Shown here piece by piece: positions 50,168 to 58,514 of a stretch of DNA of 64,000 nt. The position numbers and the translations under genes are program-made. Numbering within the stretch: position 1 is the first letter of the stretch; each line of letters starts with the position of its first letter. This stretch comes from Candidatus Babelota bacterium (GTDB lineage Bacteria; Babelota; Babeliae; Babelales; CAIQNR01): NCBI GenBank assembly GCA_965658655.1, contig CBFHTA010000002.1, positions 160,001 through 224,000 of the forward strand. Reading direction: 5' to 3'. Below the pieces are notes generated by a model. The model was not told the origin of the DNA. It did not search any database and was given only the letters and a program-made list of their open reading frames with translations.

Positions 50168-51733
50168 TTAAAATTCAGGATAAATTGTAATTATATTTTT
50201 TTTATGTTTATCCACTATAAAACTAATTTTAATACCCTCTTTAGTAAAACCAGATCTAATAAATCGCCCACTGTCTTGTTTCACAAAGGGTGCTTTATAT
50301 TTTTCAATATTCTTTCTTGCTTCTAATATCTTTTTAACAACTTCTTGGCGAGTCCAATCAGAAGGGAAAAATGTTGAAGGCTTTGGTCTCTTACCAAACA
50401 TGCTCCACTCAAATTGATAAATTCCGTTCTTACCTTGAACTACATTTAAAATTTCTATAGGATGCCCATGAAACTTTTTATTCTTAAAAATTGTCTTTTT
50501 TAAATCATGATGCCAACCTCCAATAGATCTTTTAACTTCTCCAAACTTAGTGGTGTATGTTTTTATATCTGGCTGAAACAAATGCCTTGGGCGAATGTCT
50601 ATTAACTCTCCTTTGAACTGCATATGCAACAATGCAAGATCTTCTTCTAGTGCAAGCCACTTTGTTGCACTACCTTTTAATGCTGGTACAAGGTTACCAT
50701 GCATTTTAGTAACAGGGTCTTTGGCCTCCATTGCCATTAAATTAAGATATTCACCCATTGTTGGCACAATAATATTAGGTGCACCTTCTACGGCAAAAGA
50801 ATATTCAGATACTTTTTCTGCTGCATCAAGCCATTTGTTTGCATTGTTATATGTATATTTAGAAAATTGCCCGATCGCTCCCATTGCTCTTTCTAACAGC
50901 ACCACTTCAACACCAAATGCTGTTGCGCATCGAATGAAATCATACCGCGGAATAGATCTTACAACCTCTATAACTTCTTCTATCTGCTCTTTATGAGTTA
51001 AAAAACGATTATAAAGTTTTTCGGGATCCATCATTGAATAATAAGAGATAGCACCGCACTCTTTTAGTACATACGCCATTGCACGGGCTGTTTTAACAAT
51101 ACCATGAGCCATTTGCTTTGCTGTTCTTGTAGGGTGCAAGCAAGCATCAACAGTATTAAAAACGCCATCTTTTGCACCATAGGCAACTGCTTTTCCGCAT
51201 TCAAGCAACCCCCAACACACATCGAGCAAGCGACTGGTAAAAAGCACTCCACCCTGCTTATTTGCTTGATGTGCAAGTTCCCCAAGCGAGCCGATTGTAT
51301 CTTGATACTCTTTGTCTACCACAAGATCTGCCGCTTGTGCCTGAATATCTAGAAGCTCTTGATGCAATACATGCTGAAACTCGTTACCTTTGAATTGCTG
51401 ATACTCTTGCCCATTACCATACGTGTTTATAAAGCTTTTTGTTTTTTGAGACAGTGCATAGTTTTTTTTAACTACTTTTGCAGGATCAAAATTCTTAAAC
51501 GCACGCAAACGCCTTTCTTGATGCGCATCTTCAAAGAATTGCCACTCTTCTAGAACATGAACTAAAAGATATTTTTCTTGATACTCAGCACGCCTTTTAG
51601 CACATGCTCGTTCTTCTTTTCTCTGAATCTCCTGTTGCCTTTGTCTTCTTTGCGCTCTTCTTGTTCTTGCTTTTGCAGCTCTCTTTTTTTTTGAGCTGCG
51701 AGAAAACGCAACTGTTGATCTATCTGATCCCAC
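50168..51733 (-). CDS. polymorphic toxin, C-terminal bacterial EndoU nuclease domain (downstream frame of a split gene)
   Basis: RHLF...GGWHHD...KPSTFFPSDW...G..I...ITIYP pattern of bacterial EndoU toxins. Confidence 0.8.
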   Translation of the reverse strand: MGSDRSTVAFSRSSKKKRAAKARTRRAQRRQRQQEIQRKEERACAKRRAEYQEKYLLVHVLEEWQFFEDAHQERRLRAFKNFDPAKVVKKNYALSQKTKSFINTYGNGQEYQQFKGNEFQHVLHQELLDIQAQAADLVVDKEYQDTIGSLGELAHQANKQGGVLFTSRLLDVCWGLLECGKAVAYGAKDGVFNTVDACLHPTRTAKQMAHGIVKTARAMAYVLKECGAISYYSMMDPEKLYNRFLTHKEQIEEVIEVVRSIPRYDFIRCATAFGVEVVLLERAMGAIGQFSKYTYNNANKWLDAAEKVSEYSFAVEGAPNIIVPTMGEYLNLMAMEAKDPVTKMHGNLVPALKGSATKWLALEEDLALLHMQFKGELIDIRPRHLFQPDIKTYTTKFGEVKRSIGGWHHDLKKTIFKNKKFHGHPIEILNVVQGKNGIYQFEWSMFGKRPKPSTFFPSDWTRQEVVKKILEARKNIEKYKAPFVKQDSGRFIRSGFTKEGIKISFIVDKHKKNIITIYPEF

Positions 51734-51900
51734 TTATTGTAAGCACCAGCCATTATGGAAAAAGATACATTTCCCCATTGATTAGAAACATTATCGCTTT
51801 CTTGAGAACCCCAAGGAGTATCAGCCGCAACCCAGTAAGAAAATGTACAAGAGTGTGTTAATAGTAAAAAAATAAAAAGTGAAAATCGCTTAGAATACAC
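51562..51900 (-). CDS. signal-peptide N-terminal part of the toxin gene (upstream frame of the split gene)
   Basis: Signal peptide; overlaps the toxin ORF by 172 bp, with the toxin ORF in the -1 frame; A9 tract at 51684-51692. Confidence 0.65.
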   Translation of the reverse strand: MYSKRFSLFIFLLLTHSCTFSYWVAADTPWGSQESDNVSNQWGNVSFSIMAGAYNKWDQIDQQLRFLAAQKKRELQKQEQEERKEDKGNRRFREKKNEHVLKGVLSIKKNIF

Positions 51901-51901
51901 T

Positions 51902-52414
51902 TCAACCTCCTATCACCCCAAAGCAGTAATTTATCCACTCAAAAGAATAATCTAAAAATTTCACAGCCCAAATAGTACTCACAAATGCTGTTTTTATTAT
52001 ATTGCGTGTTTTGTAAGCAACATAAATAACACCAATGATTTTCCCTACGTCATAGAAAGAAAAGTATTTATTGCCTACACTTTGGTTACAACAATGCGGT
52101 TTACATCCTCTACACCTATAAAAATCTACTTGTGATTTATGTCCATTATGGTCACCATTATGCGCATCAGAATCTTTTGGTTGAACCCTATAATGGCTTT
52201 CATTAGATTTTTCACAAGAATCAAGCTCTGCTGAAACATCAAGTGGCCCATCATCTAAATAGGTATATTGCTCTCCATGGTCATTATACTTATTCATGAA
52301 AACATCTAATGATTCATGATCAGAAGAATCAATCGAGAATAACGATTGCATTGACAGACAAACAAAAACAAGCATCAAGCAAAATCGCCCAGAATGGGCT
52401 TTCAGATAAAACAT
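51902..52414 (-). CDS. exported/membrane hypothetical protein upstream of the toxin
   Basis: 170 aa, signal peptide, CRGC..HCC, C-terminal hydrophobic segments; 1 bp from the next start. Confidence 0.65.
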   Translation of the reverse strand: MFYLKAHSGRFCLMLVFVCLSMQSLFSIDSSDHESLDVFMNKYNDHGEQYTYLDDGPLDVSAELDSCEKSNESHYRVQPKDSDAHNGDHNGHKSQVDFYRCRGCKPHCCNQSVGNKYFSFYDVGKIIGVIYVAYKTRNIIKTAFVSTIWAVKFLDYSFEWINYCFGVIGG

Positions 52415-52526
52415 CGCAGACTCCTCTATAATTAAATCTGCGATATACTACTATGTAAAAAATGAAAAATCAAACCGCCAATACTGTAGTCAAAAGGTGC
52501 AATCCGAGCATTTATTTTTTAATAAC

Positions 52527-52607
52527 CTAGCCCCGCAAAGCTTTACGTAAATATGGTGCTGTTTGGCTTACTTTAGAACGGGCAACTACTTTTGGTTCAC
52601 CCTCTGC
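52527..52607 (-). repeat. diverged copy of uvrA 3' end (last 26 codons plus stop)
   Basis: 72/81 identical to 54391-54471; encodes AEGEPKVVARSKVSQTAPYLRKALRG*. Confidence 0.95.
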
Positions 52608-52650
52608 TCCATGAGCTAATAATAAAGCAACCAAATAGTCACGATCACTT

Positions 52651-54282
52651 TCAATAGCCTTCTGCAATGGGCATTCTTAATTCCATTGTTAAATTTGGAT
52701 TAGCTCCGTACTTTAGCAAAAGTTCACCTATTTCTAAATTTTCGTTATCTAAAGCCCATTGCAAAGGAGTCGATCCATTGTGATCAAAAACATCTACTAT
52801 AGCACCGCGCTCTAATAAAAACTGCACTATTTTTACATTGTCGCTATTTACAGCATGATGCAATGGCATCGCAAAGCCAACCTTAGCATTAATATCAATA
52901 TTTAAACTCAATAAACGATGGATTAAATCTTGATCATTATCTTCAACAGCATTTATCAACAAATTTGCAAAGGATGGAGGAACTAATGCTTCTAAAGATA
53001 TTAATGGGTATCTTTTTTTTAATCTCTCAATAATTTCTAAAAATTCCATAGAAAAAACTTTTTCATCAACCTTAATTTTACGATCAATAGATATCCAAAC
53101 ATGATCAGGGGAAAACTGCCAATCCAATACAGAATCAATACTATTTTTAATTAGAACTTTTACATATATTTTTTTTGATACTAATTCACTCTCTGGTTCT
53201 ATTATTAAAGACATAGCAATAGCACGCCGTTCACTTGAAACCAATTTACCAAAATCTTCAAAACTATTTGCTGATGTGTCAAACAGATAATTTAATAATT
53301 TTAAAGCATTTTGCTCATTACTTTCAAGCGCATAATTTCCTTTAATATAAACTACACCTGGAACATTTGAAACAAGATTCATCCAAGATTGCTTTGCTAA
53401 TTCACTATATCTAGGTACCCGAGGATTTGAATATGTTTCAATAAATGTCTTAAAAGCAGGCAAAACTTCTCTTTTTTTAGAAAGGAGTTCTAAATCTAAT
53501 CTATCTGTTTTCTCGTTGTATAACATAAAATTCACTACAGTCCAAAGCGCATCCTCTCCACAAATCGCCACCTCTTCTTTCCCGTCAAAAGAAGCTCTTA
53601 AATGGCGCATATGCAAAAAATCAAATGTTTTATTTTTTTTACTTATAAGTGTTGCCGCAATTATTTGATCTATATCATTAGTCAAATCACTTAATTCCTG
53701 GTCTGTAAATTGTTGCGGCTCTATTTCAACACCAACCCCTTTTGCATAAGCCGCCAAATCCTTACCATCACGACTTATCAAATACGCAAATGCAGCTATT
53801 ATTCTAGCAGTTTCTTCTTGAGGAACTTTTTTCATTAATTCAATAATTTCTTGAAAAACTTGGTTAAACTTTTTTTTCTTACCCTTTGCATTTTTATGAT
53901 TTTTTTTATATTCATCAAACCATTTTTGTGCTGTTTCTTCAGTTAAATAATCTGATATTGAATTTTCTAAAATTGCTTTATTTAATTCCCCTAACAACAA
54001 ATGACTTGGAGAATTCATAAAATTATATTTTTTTTGAGTTAAACGTAATTCACCATCAAGAACATGTCCCATTTTTTGTATTAAATGTGCAACTTCACTT
54101 TCACCTTCATATGCTTTAACTACATCGCCACTTTCTAAAAATGCCGCTCCCACAACAGGAGATGCTGCCTCTTTACCTTGTTGTTTAAATGGCGTCATTG
54201 TGCCTTTAAGCCATGAAGGATCCATCGCCTGCACGGACGTAATACTAAAACTCAATAATAAAATAAATATTTTGCGAACCAC
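52651..54282 (-). CDS. exported Cys/His-core protein with C-terminal ankyrin repeats (3' end frameshifted)
   Basis: GTG 54282 after aggagg; signal peptide ending VQA; AICGEDALW core; PLHHAV...RGA, TPLQWAL...YGA; a further ankyrin repeat continues in the +1 frame to 52527. Confidence 0.85.
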   Translation of the reverse strand: MVRKIFILLLSFSITSVQAMDPSWLKGTMTPFKQQGKEAASPVVGAAFLESGDVVKAYEGESEVAHLIQKMGHVLDGELRLTQKKYNFMNSPSHLLLGELNKAILENSISDYLTEETAQKWFDEYKKNHKNAKGKKKKFNQVFQEIIELMKKVPQEETARIIAAFAYLISRDGKDLAAYAKGVGVEIEPQQFTDQELSDLTNDIDQIIAATLISKKNKTFDFLHMRHLRASFDGKEEVAICGEDALWTVVNFMLYNEKTDRLDLELLSKKREVLPAFKTFIETYSNPRVPRYSELAKQSWMNLVSNVPGVVYIKGNYALESNEQNALKLLNYLFDTSANSFEDFGKLVSSERRAIAMSLIIEPESELVSKKIYVKVLIKNSIDSVLDWQFSPDHVWISIDRKIKVDEKVFSMEFLEIIERLKKRYPLISLEALVPPSFANLLINAVEDNDQDLIHRLLSLNIDINAKVGFAMPLHHAVNSDNVKIVQFLLERGAIVDVFDHNGSTPLQWALDNENLEIGELLLKYGANPNLTMELRMPIAEGY

Positions 54283-54390
54283 TTTAAACCTCCTTTTTAA
54301 ACTATACTTTTTAAGCATACTCTATATGAGAAGGCATAATAAAGAGTTTTACATCCTAAAGTCATTTGTAAGCTTAAATCCTTAAAACCC

Positions 54391-56955
54391 TTAAGCTCGT
54401 AATGCTTTACGTAAATATGGTGCTGTTTGACTTACTTTTGAACGGGCAACTACTTTTGGTTCACCTTCTGCAACCACAGTTCCACCCTCTGCTCCACCTT
54501 CTGGTCCCATATCAATAATATAATCTGCTGTTTTCAAAACATCTAAATTATGTTCAATAACAAGAACAGAATTACCTTTGGCAACCAGTCGATTTAATAC
54601 TTTGAGCAATTTCTCAATATCGCTTGAGTGCAAACCTGTTGTTGGCTCATCAAGAACATATAATGTTCGAGTCCCTCGTTTTGCTAACTCATTAACGAGT
54701 TTAATACGTTGAGCCTCTCCACCAGAAAGCGTTGTTGAAGATTGAGCTAACTTTAGATAATCAAGACCAACGTCACACAACAACTGCAAACGTTTAATGA
54801 TATTCTTATGTGCAGCAAAAAATTTCATTGCTTCTACGGCTGTCATGTCGAGAACGTCGGCAATGTTCTTTCTTTTATACGTAATTTGCAATGTCTCTTT
54901 ATTGTAGCGCCGCCCCTTACAGGTTTTACAGATCATGGTAACATCGGCCAAAAAGTGCATTTCAACAGTTATGGTTCCATTACCCGAACAATCAAAACAA
55001 CGCCCAACCGGTCTGTTGAAACTGAATCGCCCTGCTTTATAACCACGCACTTGGCTCTCAGGCAACGCTGCAAATAAATTTCTAATTTCGTCAAAAATAC
55101 CTAGATAGGTTGCGGGGTTAGACCGAGAGGATCGACCGATTGGCTTTTGATCAATAACAACTAAAGCATTAACTTGATCACCTCCAACTAAATCTTTTGT
55201 TGGAACTACTCGACGACGATTACCAGTTAGCTCTTGTTCAACAGCCGGAACTAATTCTTCTAACACCAATGAACTTTTACCCGAACCAGAAACTCCTGAT
55301 ATGCCACACAGTACCCCTAACGGAAAACGCACAGTAATATCTTTTAAGTTGTTTTTTTTCGCATGCTTTAAAATTAAATATGCATACGGTGTTCTTCTAA
55401 ACTCAGGTAACTCAATTTTTTTCTTACCACTTAAATAAGCACCAGTCAGAGAATTAGTATCTTTTGTAATTTGATTAGGAGTTCCAATAGCCGTAATGGT
55501 TCCACCATGCACACCAGCCTCTGGACCCATATCAATAAGATAGTCGGCCGCTTTCATAGTATCTTCGTCATGCTCAACAACTACAACTGTGTTGCCTTGA
55601 TCACGTAAACTTTTAAGTGTTTTAATTAAACGGTCGTTGTCTCGTTGATGCAAACCAATACTTGGTTCATCAAGAATATAAAGTACACCACTAAGCGCAG
55701 AACCAATTTGTGTAGCCAATCGAATACGTTGCCCTTCCCCACCAGAAAGTGTTCGTGCCGTTCTATTAAGTGTTAAGTAAGGCAACCCAACATCATCTAA
55801 GAACTGTAATCTTCGGGTAATCTCATTGAGTAACGCCTTAGCTATTTTTTTTGATGTTGCATCTATTTTTATCTTCTTAAACCATTCAAGCGCTTCTTTA
55901 ATAGGCATTTCAGAAATTTGATAAATATTTTTTTTATCAACCTCTACCGCCAAAGCAAATTTGTTTAATCGTTGACCTTTACATTCTTCACACCCTAAGC
56001 GTGTTGCATATTTTTTAAAAAAATCTGGATATTTGGTTTTCCAATAATCTTTATCCCCTTTATCCCACGGCCATTTATTGGTTATCCCTAATCCAGAACA
56101 ACTTTTACATGCACCTACCGGAGAATTAAAAGAAAAAAAACGCGGCTCAAGTTCAGGAAACGCATTACTACATTTAAGACACATGCGCTGGGAAGCATAC
56201 AACTGCTCTTTTTTGCCCGAAACTACCTTAACCAGACCGTCTGAAAGCTGCTCTGCTTTTTCTACCGCCTCTTGAATTCTAGGGCGCTCTTCCTCTTCAA
56301 CCGTTAACGCATCAACTAATACATCAATAGTATGTTTATACGTTTTGCCTAATTTCAGAGCATCTATCTCTTCTACGCTTGAAAATTTGTATTGTTTACC
56401 ATCTATCTCAAATCTATAAAACCCCTGCTGAAAATGATGTTTTAAATCATTTTTAAACTCACCCTTTTGCTCACGAACAATCGGTGCACTAATAACTACC
56501 GACCTATCCTTAAAGAGCGCAAGAATATGATGAGCCATACTTTCTGGAGATTGCGCTCCTACCTTAATAGCACAATCAGGACAATGGGCAACCCCAATAC
56601 GAGCAAAAAGCACCCGTAAGTAATCGTAAATTTCTGTAATAGTTCCAACAGTAGATCGAGGATTTGCCCCAACTGTTTTTTGCTCAATCGCAATGGCTGG
56701 ACACAAACCTTCTATTTGATCAACGTCTGGTTTACGTGCAATACCCAAAAATTGTCGGGCGTAGGCAGACAGCGATTCGGTATACCGACGTTTACCTTCG
56801 GTATATAAAATATCTAAAGCCAAAGAACTTTTCCCCGATCCAGATGGACCAGTAATAACAGTAAACGCTTCTTTTGGAATCTCTACAGAAACGTTTTTAA
56901 GGTTATGTTCACGCGCTCCAGTAACCTTAATCCACGAACGATGTTTCTTCGCCAT
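54391..56955 (-). CDS. uvrA: excinuclease ABC subunit A
   Basis: GAREHNLKN, two GxSGSGKSS Walker A motifs, two LSGGE signatures, zinc-binding CxxC pairs. Confidence 0.98.
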   Translation of the reverse strand: MAKKHRSWIKVTGAREHNLKNVSVEIPKEAFTVITGPSGSGKSSLALDILYTEGKRRYTESLSAYARQFLGIARKPDVDQIEGLCPAIAIEQKTVGANPRSTVGTITEIYDYLRVLFARIGVAHCPDCAIKVGAQSPESMAHHILALFKDRSVVISAPIVREQKGEFKNDLKHHFQQGFYRFEIDGKQYKFSSVEEIDALKLGKTYKHTIDVLVDALTVEEEERPRIQEAVEKAEQLSDGLVKVVSGKKEQLYASQRMCLKCSNAFPELEPRFFSFNSPVGACKSCSGLGITNKWPWDKGDKDYWKTKYPDFFKKYATRLGCEECKGQRLNKFALAVEVDKKNIYQISEMPIKEALEWFKKIKIDATSKKIAKALLNEITRRLQFLDDVGLPYLTLNRTARTLSGGEGQRIRLATQIGSALSGVLYILDEPSIGLHQRDNDRLIKTLKSLRDQGNTVVVVEHDEDTMKAADYLIDMGPEAGVHGGTITAIGTPNQITKDTNSLTGAYLSGKKKIELPEFRRTPYAYLILKHAKKNNLKDITVRFPLGVLCGISGVSGSGKSSLVLEELVPAVEQELTGNRRRVVPTKDLVGGDQVNALVVIDQKPIGRSSRSNPATYLGIFDEIRNLFAALPESQVRGYKAGRFSFNRPVGRCFDCSGNGTITVEMHFLADVTMICKTCKGRRYNKETLQITYKRKNIADVLDMTAVEAMKFFAAHKNIIKRLQLLCDVGLDYLKLAQSSTTLSGGEAQRIKLVNELAKRGTRTLYVLDEPTTGLHSSDIEKLLKVLNRLVAKGNSVLVIEHNLDVLKTADYIIDMGPEGGAEGGTVVAEGEPKVVARSKVSQTAPYLRKALRA

Positions 56956-57108
56956 AACACTTACCCCTAGGTATATTTTGGGATTGATTCAGTAAACTGT
57001 CTTATTGTAGCATATTTTTTTTAAAAATTTGACTTTGCTTTTTGCTTAAAGCTTGGCATACTTAAGTGACCTTGAGCTGCTTTGAGCTTGGTTTAAGGCA
57101 AGTTTGGT

Positions 57109-57185
57109 GGTGGATGTAGCTCAGTTGGTAGAGCACCAGGTTGTGGTTCTGGGGGTCGTGGGTTCAATCCCCATCATCCACCCCA
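57109..57185 (+). tRNA. tRNA-His(GTG) with encoded G-1 and CCA
   Basis: g-gtggatg...ccagg-ttGTGgt-tctgg...ggttcaatcc...catccac-c-cca. Confidence 0.95.
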
Positions 57186-57239
57186 CTAAATTTGACATTA
57201 TAATTCTACAATTTACCTTGTAGACTTAAAGATTTCAGT

Positions 57240-57315
57240 CGGGATGTGGCGCAGTTGGTAGCGCACTCGCTTTGGGAGCGAGGGGTCGCCAGTTCGAGTC
57301 TGGCCATCCCGACCA
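57240..57315 (+). tRNA. tRNA-Pro(TGG)
   Basis: cgggatg...ctcgc-ttTGGga-gcgag...agttcgagtct...catcccg-a-cca. Confidence 0.95.
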
Positions 57316-57635
57316 GTTTTTGCCCTATGGGCTTCTTACCTTTTTAACACTTACATATCCCTCTATGGATTACGCAAGTCAAGACACATACTCTCAAGCT
57401 CTTGAATAATTTTCACAATCACATTCAAGATTTAAAGACCATTTTGTTTTTTCAAACGAAACATTACTCTTATCTCTAAAGACGCTCTTAAATCAATGGT
57501 GATTTCCAATGTTTTCACTTACTTATCGAGAGTTTGCTGCACTATGTAATCATAAGAGAAATATCATTGTAAACTCTTTACCGTATGGCATACTAATAAG
57601 CACTATATTTCACTTTACAATACCGAAAGGCCTCT

Positions 57636-58502
57636 ATGAAAAAAATTCCACTTCTTTTGACACTGTGCTTTCTATTTTCCACTAACCTTTTTACTGCGCA
57701 AGATAGTACATGCTTTATATGCCATAAAAGTAACTTTGATGAACCTGATAAAGCACAAAACAATGACCTATTATTAAAACCAAGAAGCAAAGTAATTCCT
57801 AAGGGATGTACACAAGGCCACTGTTTTCATCTCGATTGCTTCACAGCTAAGACCATTAGAAAAGAAGAAATGATATGCCCTGTAGAAGGTTGTACCTGTA
57901 AAGTTACGCTTCCAATGCGAAAATATTCCAGAAAAAAAACTAAAAATGGCCCCGCAACTCTTGAATGGTTCAAAGACTATGGAATGGTACTGGAATGGAC
58001 AGACCCAGAAACTCACGAAGTTTTTCGGATAGGCCACACCGAAGATAATCCATTACACGTTTGTCCTTTGAAACATTCTGAAGTTAAAACTGATCATGAC
58101 ACTGTCCCACTTCTTACCCTATCGTACGCACGTCGTATGATTTTGGCAGCTCAACATAATGCCCGCGATACTTTAGCAGTAGGGCTTAAAGCCTATACAG
58201 GCTACTCAGTCCCAGGAAAACAACATGCTGTGCTTGTTTTTAACTCTTTAGCAGAAAATGCGCATCCCGAGAACAAACAAATGCTTTGTGCATTGAATAT
58301 TTTCACAACACATCTTAAAAAAGAAATTGAATCAGAGGATCGAGTTCCACAAAAAATATCAGATGAAAAGATTAAAGAGGTGCATCGATTGAGCTCTATG
58401 GGAAGATATGGTATTGACAACCAAGGAAGACATGCCTGTTCCAAAGGAAAAATAAATCGACTCACAGAAAATAATAATGAGGTTTACTTTATTTATCATT
58501 AA
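57636..58502 (+). CDS. exported protein with RING-H2-like zinc finger
   Basis: Signal peptide ending FTA; CFIC...CTQGHCFHLDC...CPVEGC. Confidence 0.75.
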   Translation: MKKIPLLLTLCFLFSTNLFTAQDSTCFICHKSNFDEPDKAQNNDLLLKPRSKVIPKGCTQGHCFHLDCFTAKTIRKEEMICPVEGCTCKVTLPMRKYSRKKTKNGPATLEWFKDYGMVLEWTDPETHEVFRIGHTEDNPLHVCPLKHSEVKTDHDTVPLLTLSYARRMILAAQHNARDTLAVGLKAYTGYSVPGKQHAVLVFNSLAENAHPENKQMLCALNIFTTHLKKEIESEDRVPQKISDEKIKEVHRLSSMGRYGIDNQGRHACSKGKINRLTENNNEVYFIYH

Positions 58503-58514
58503 CGAAAGAGAGCA

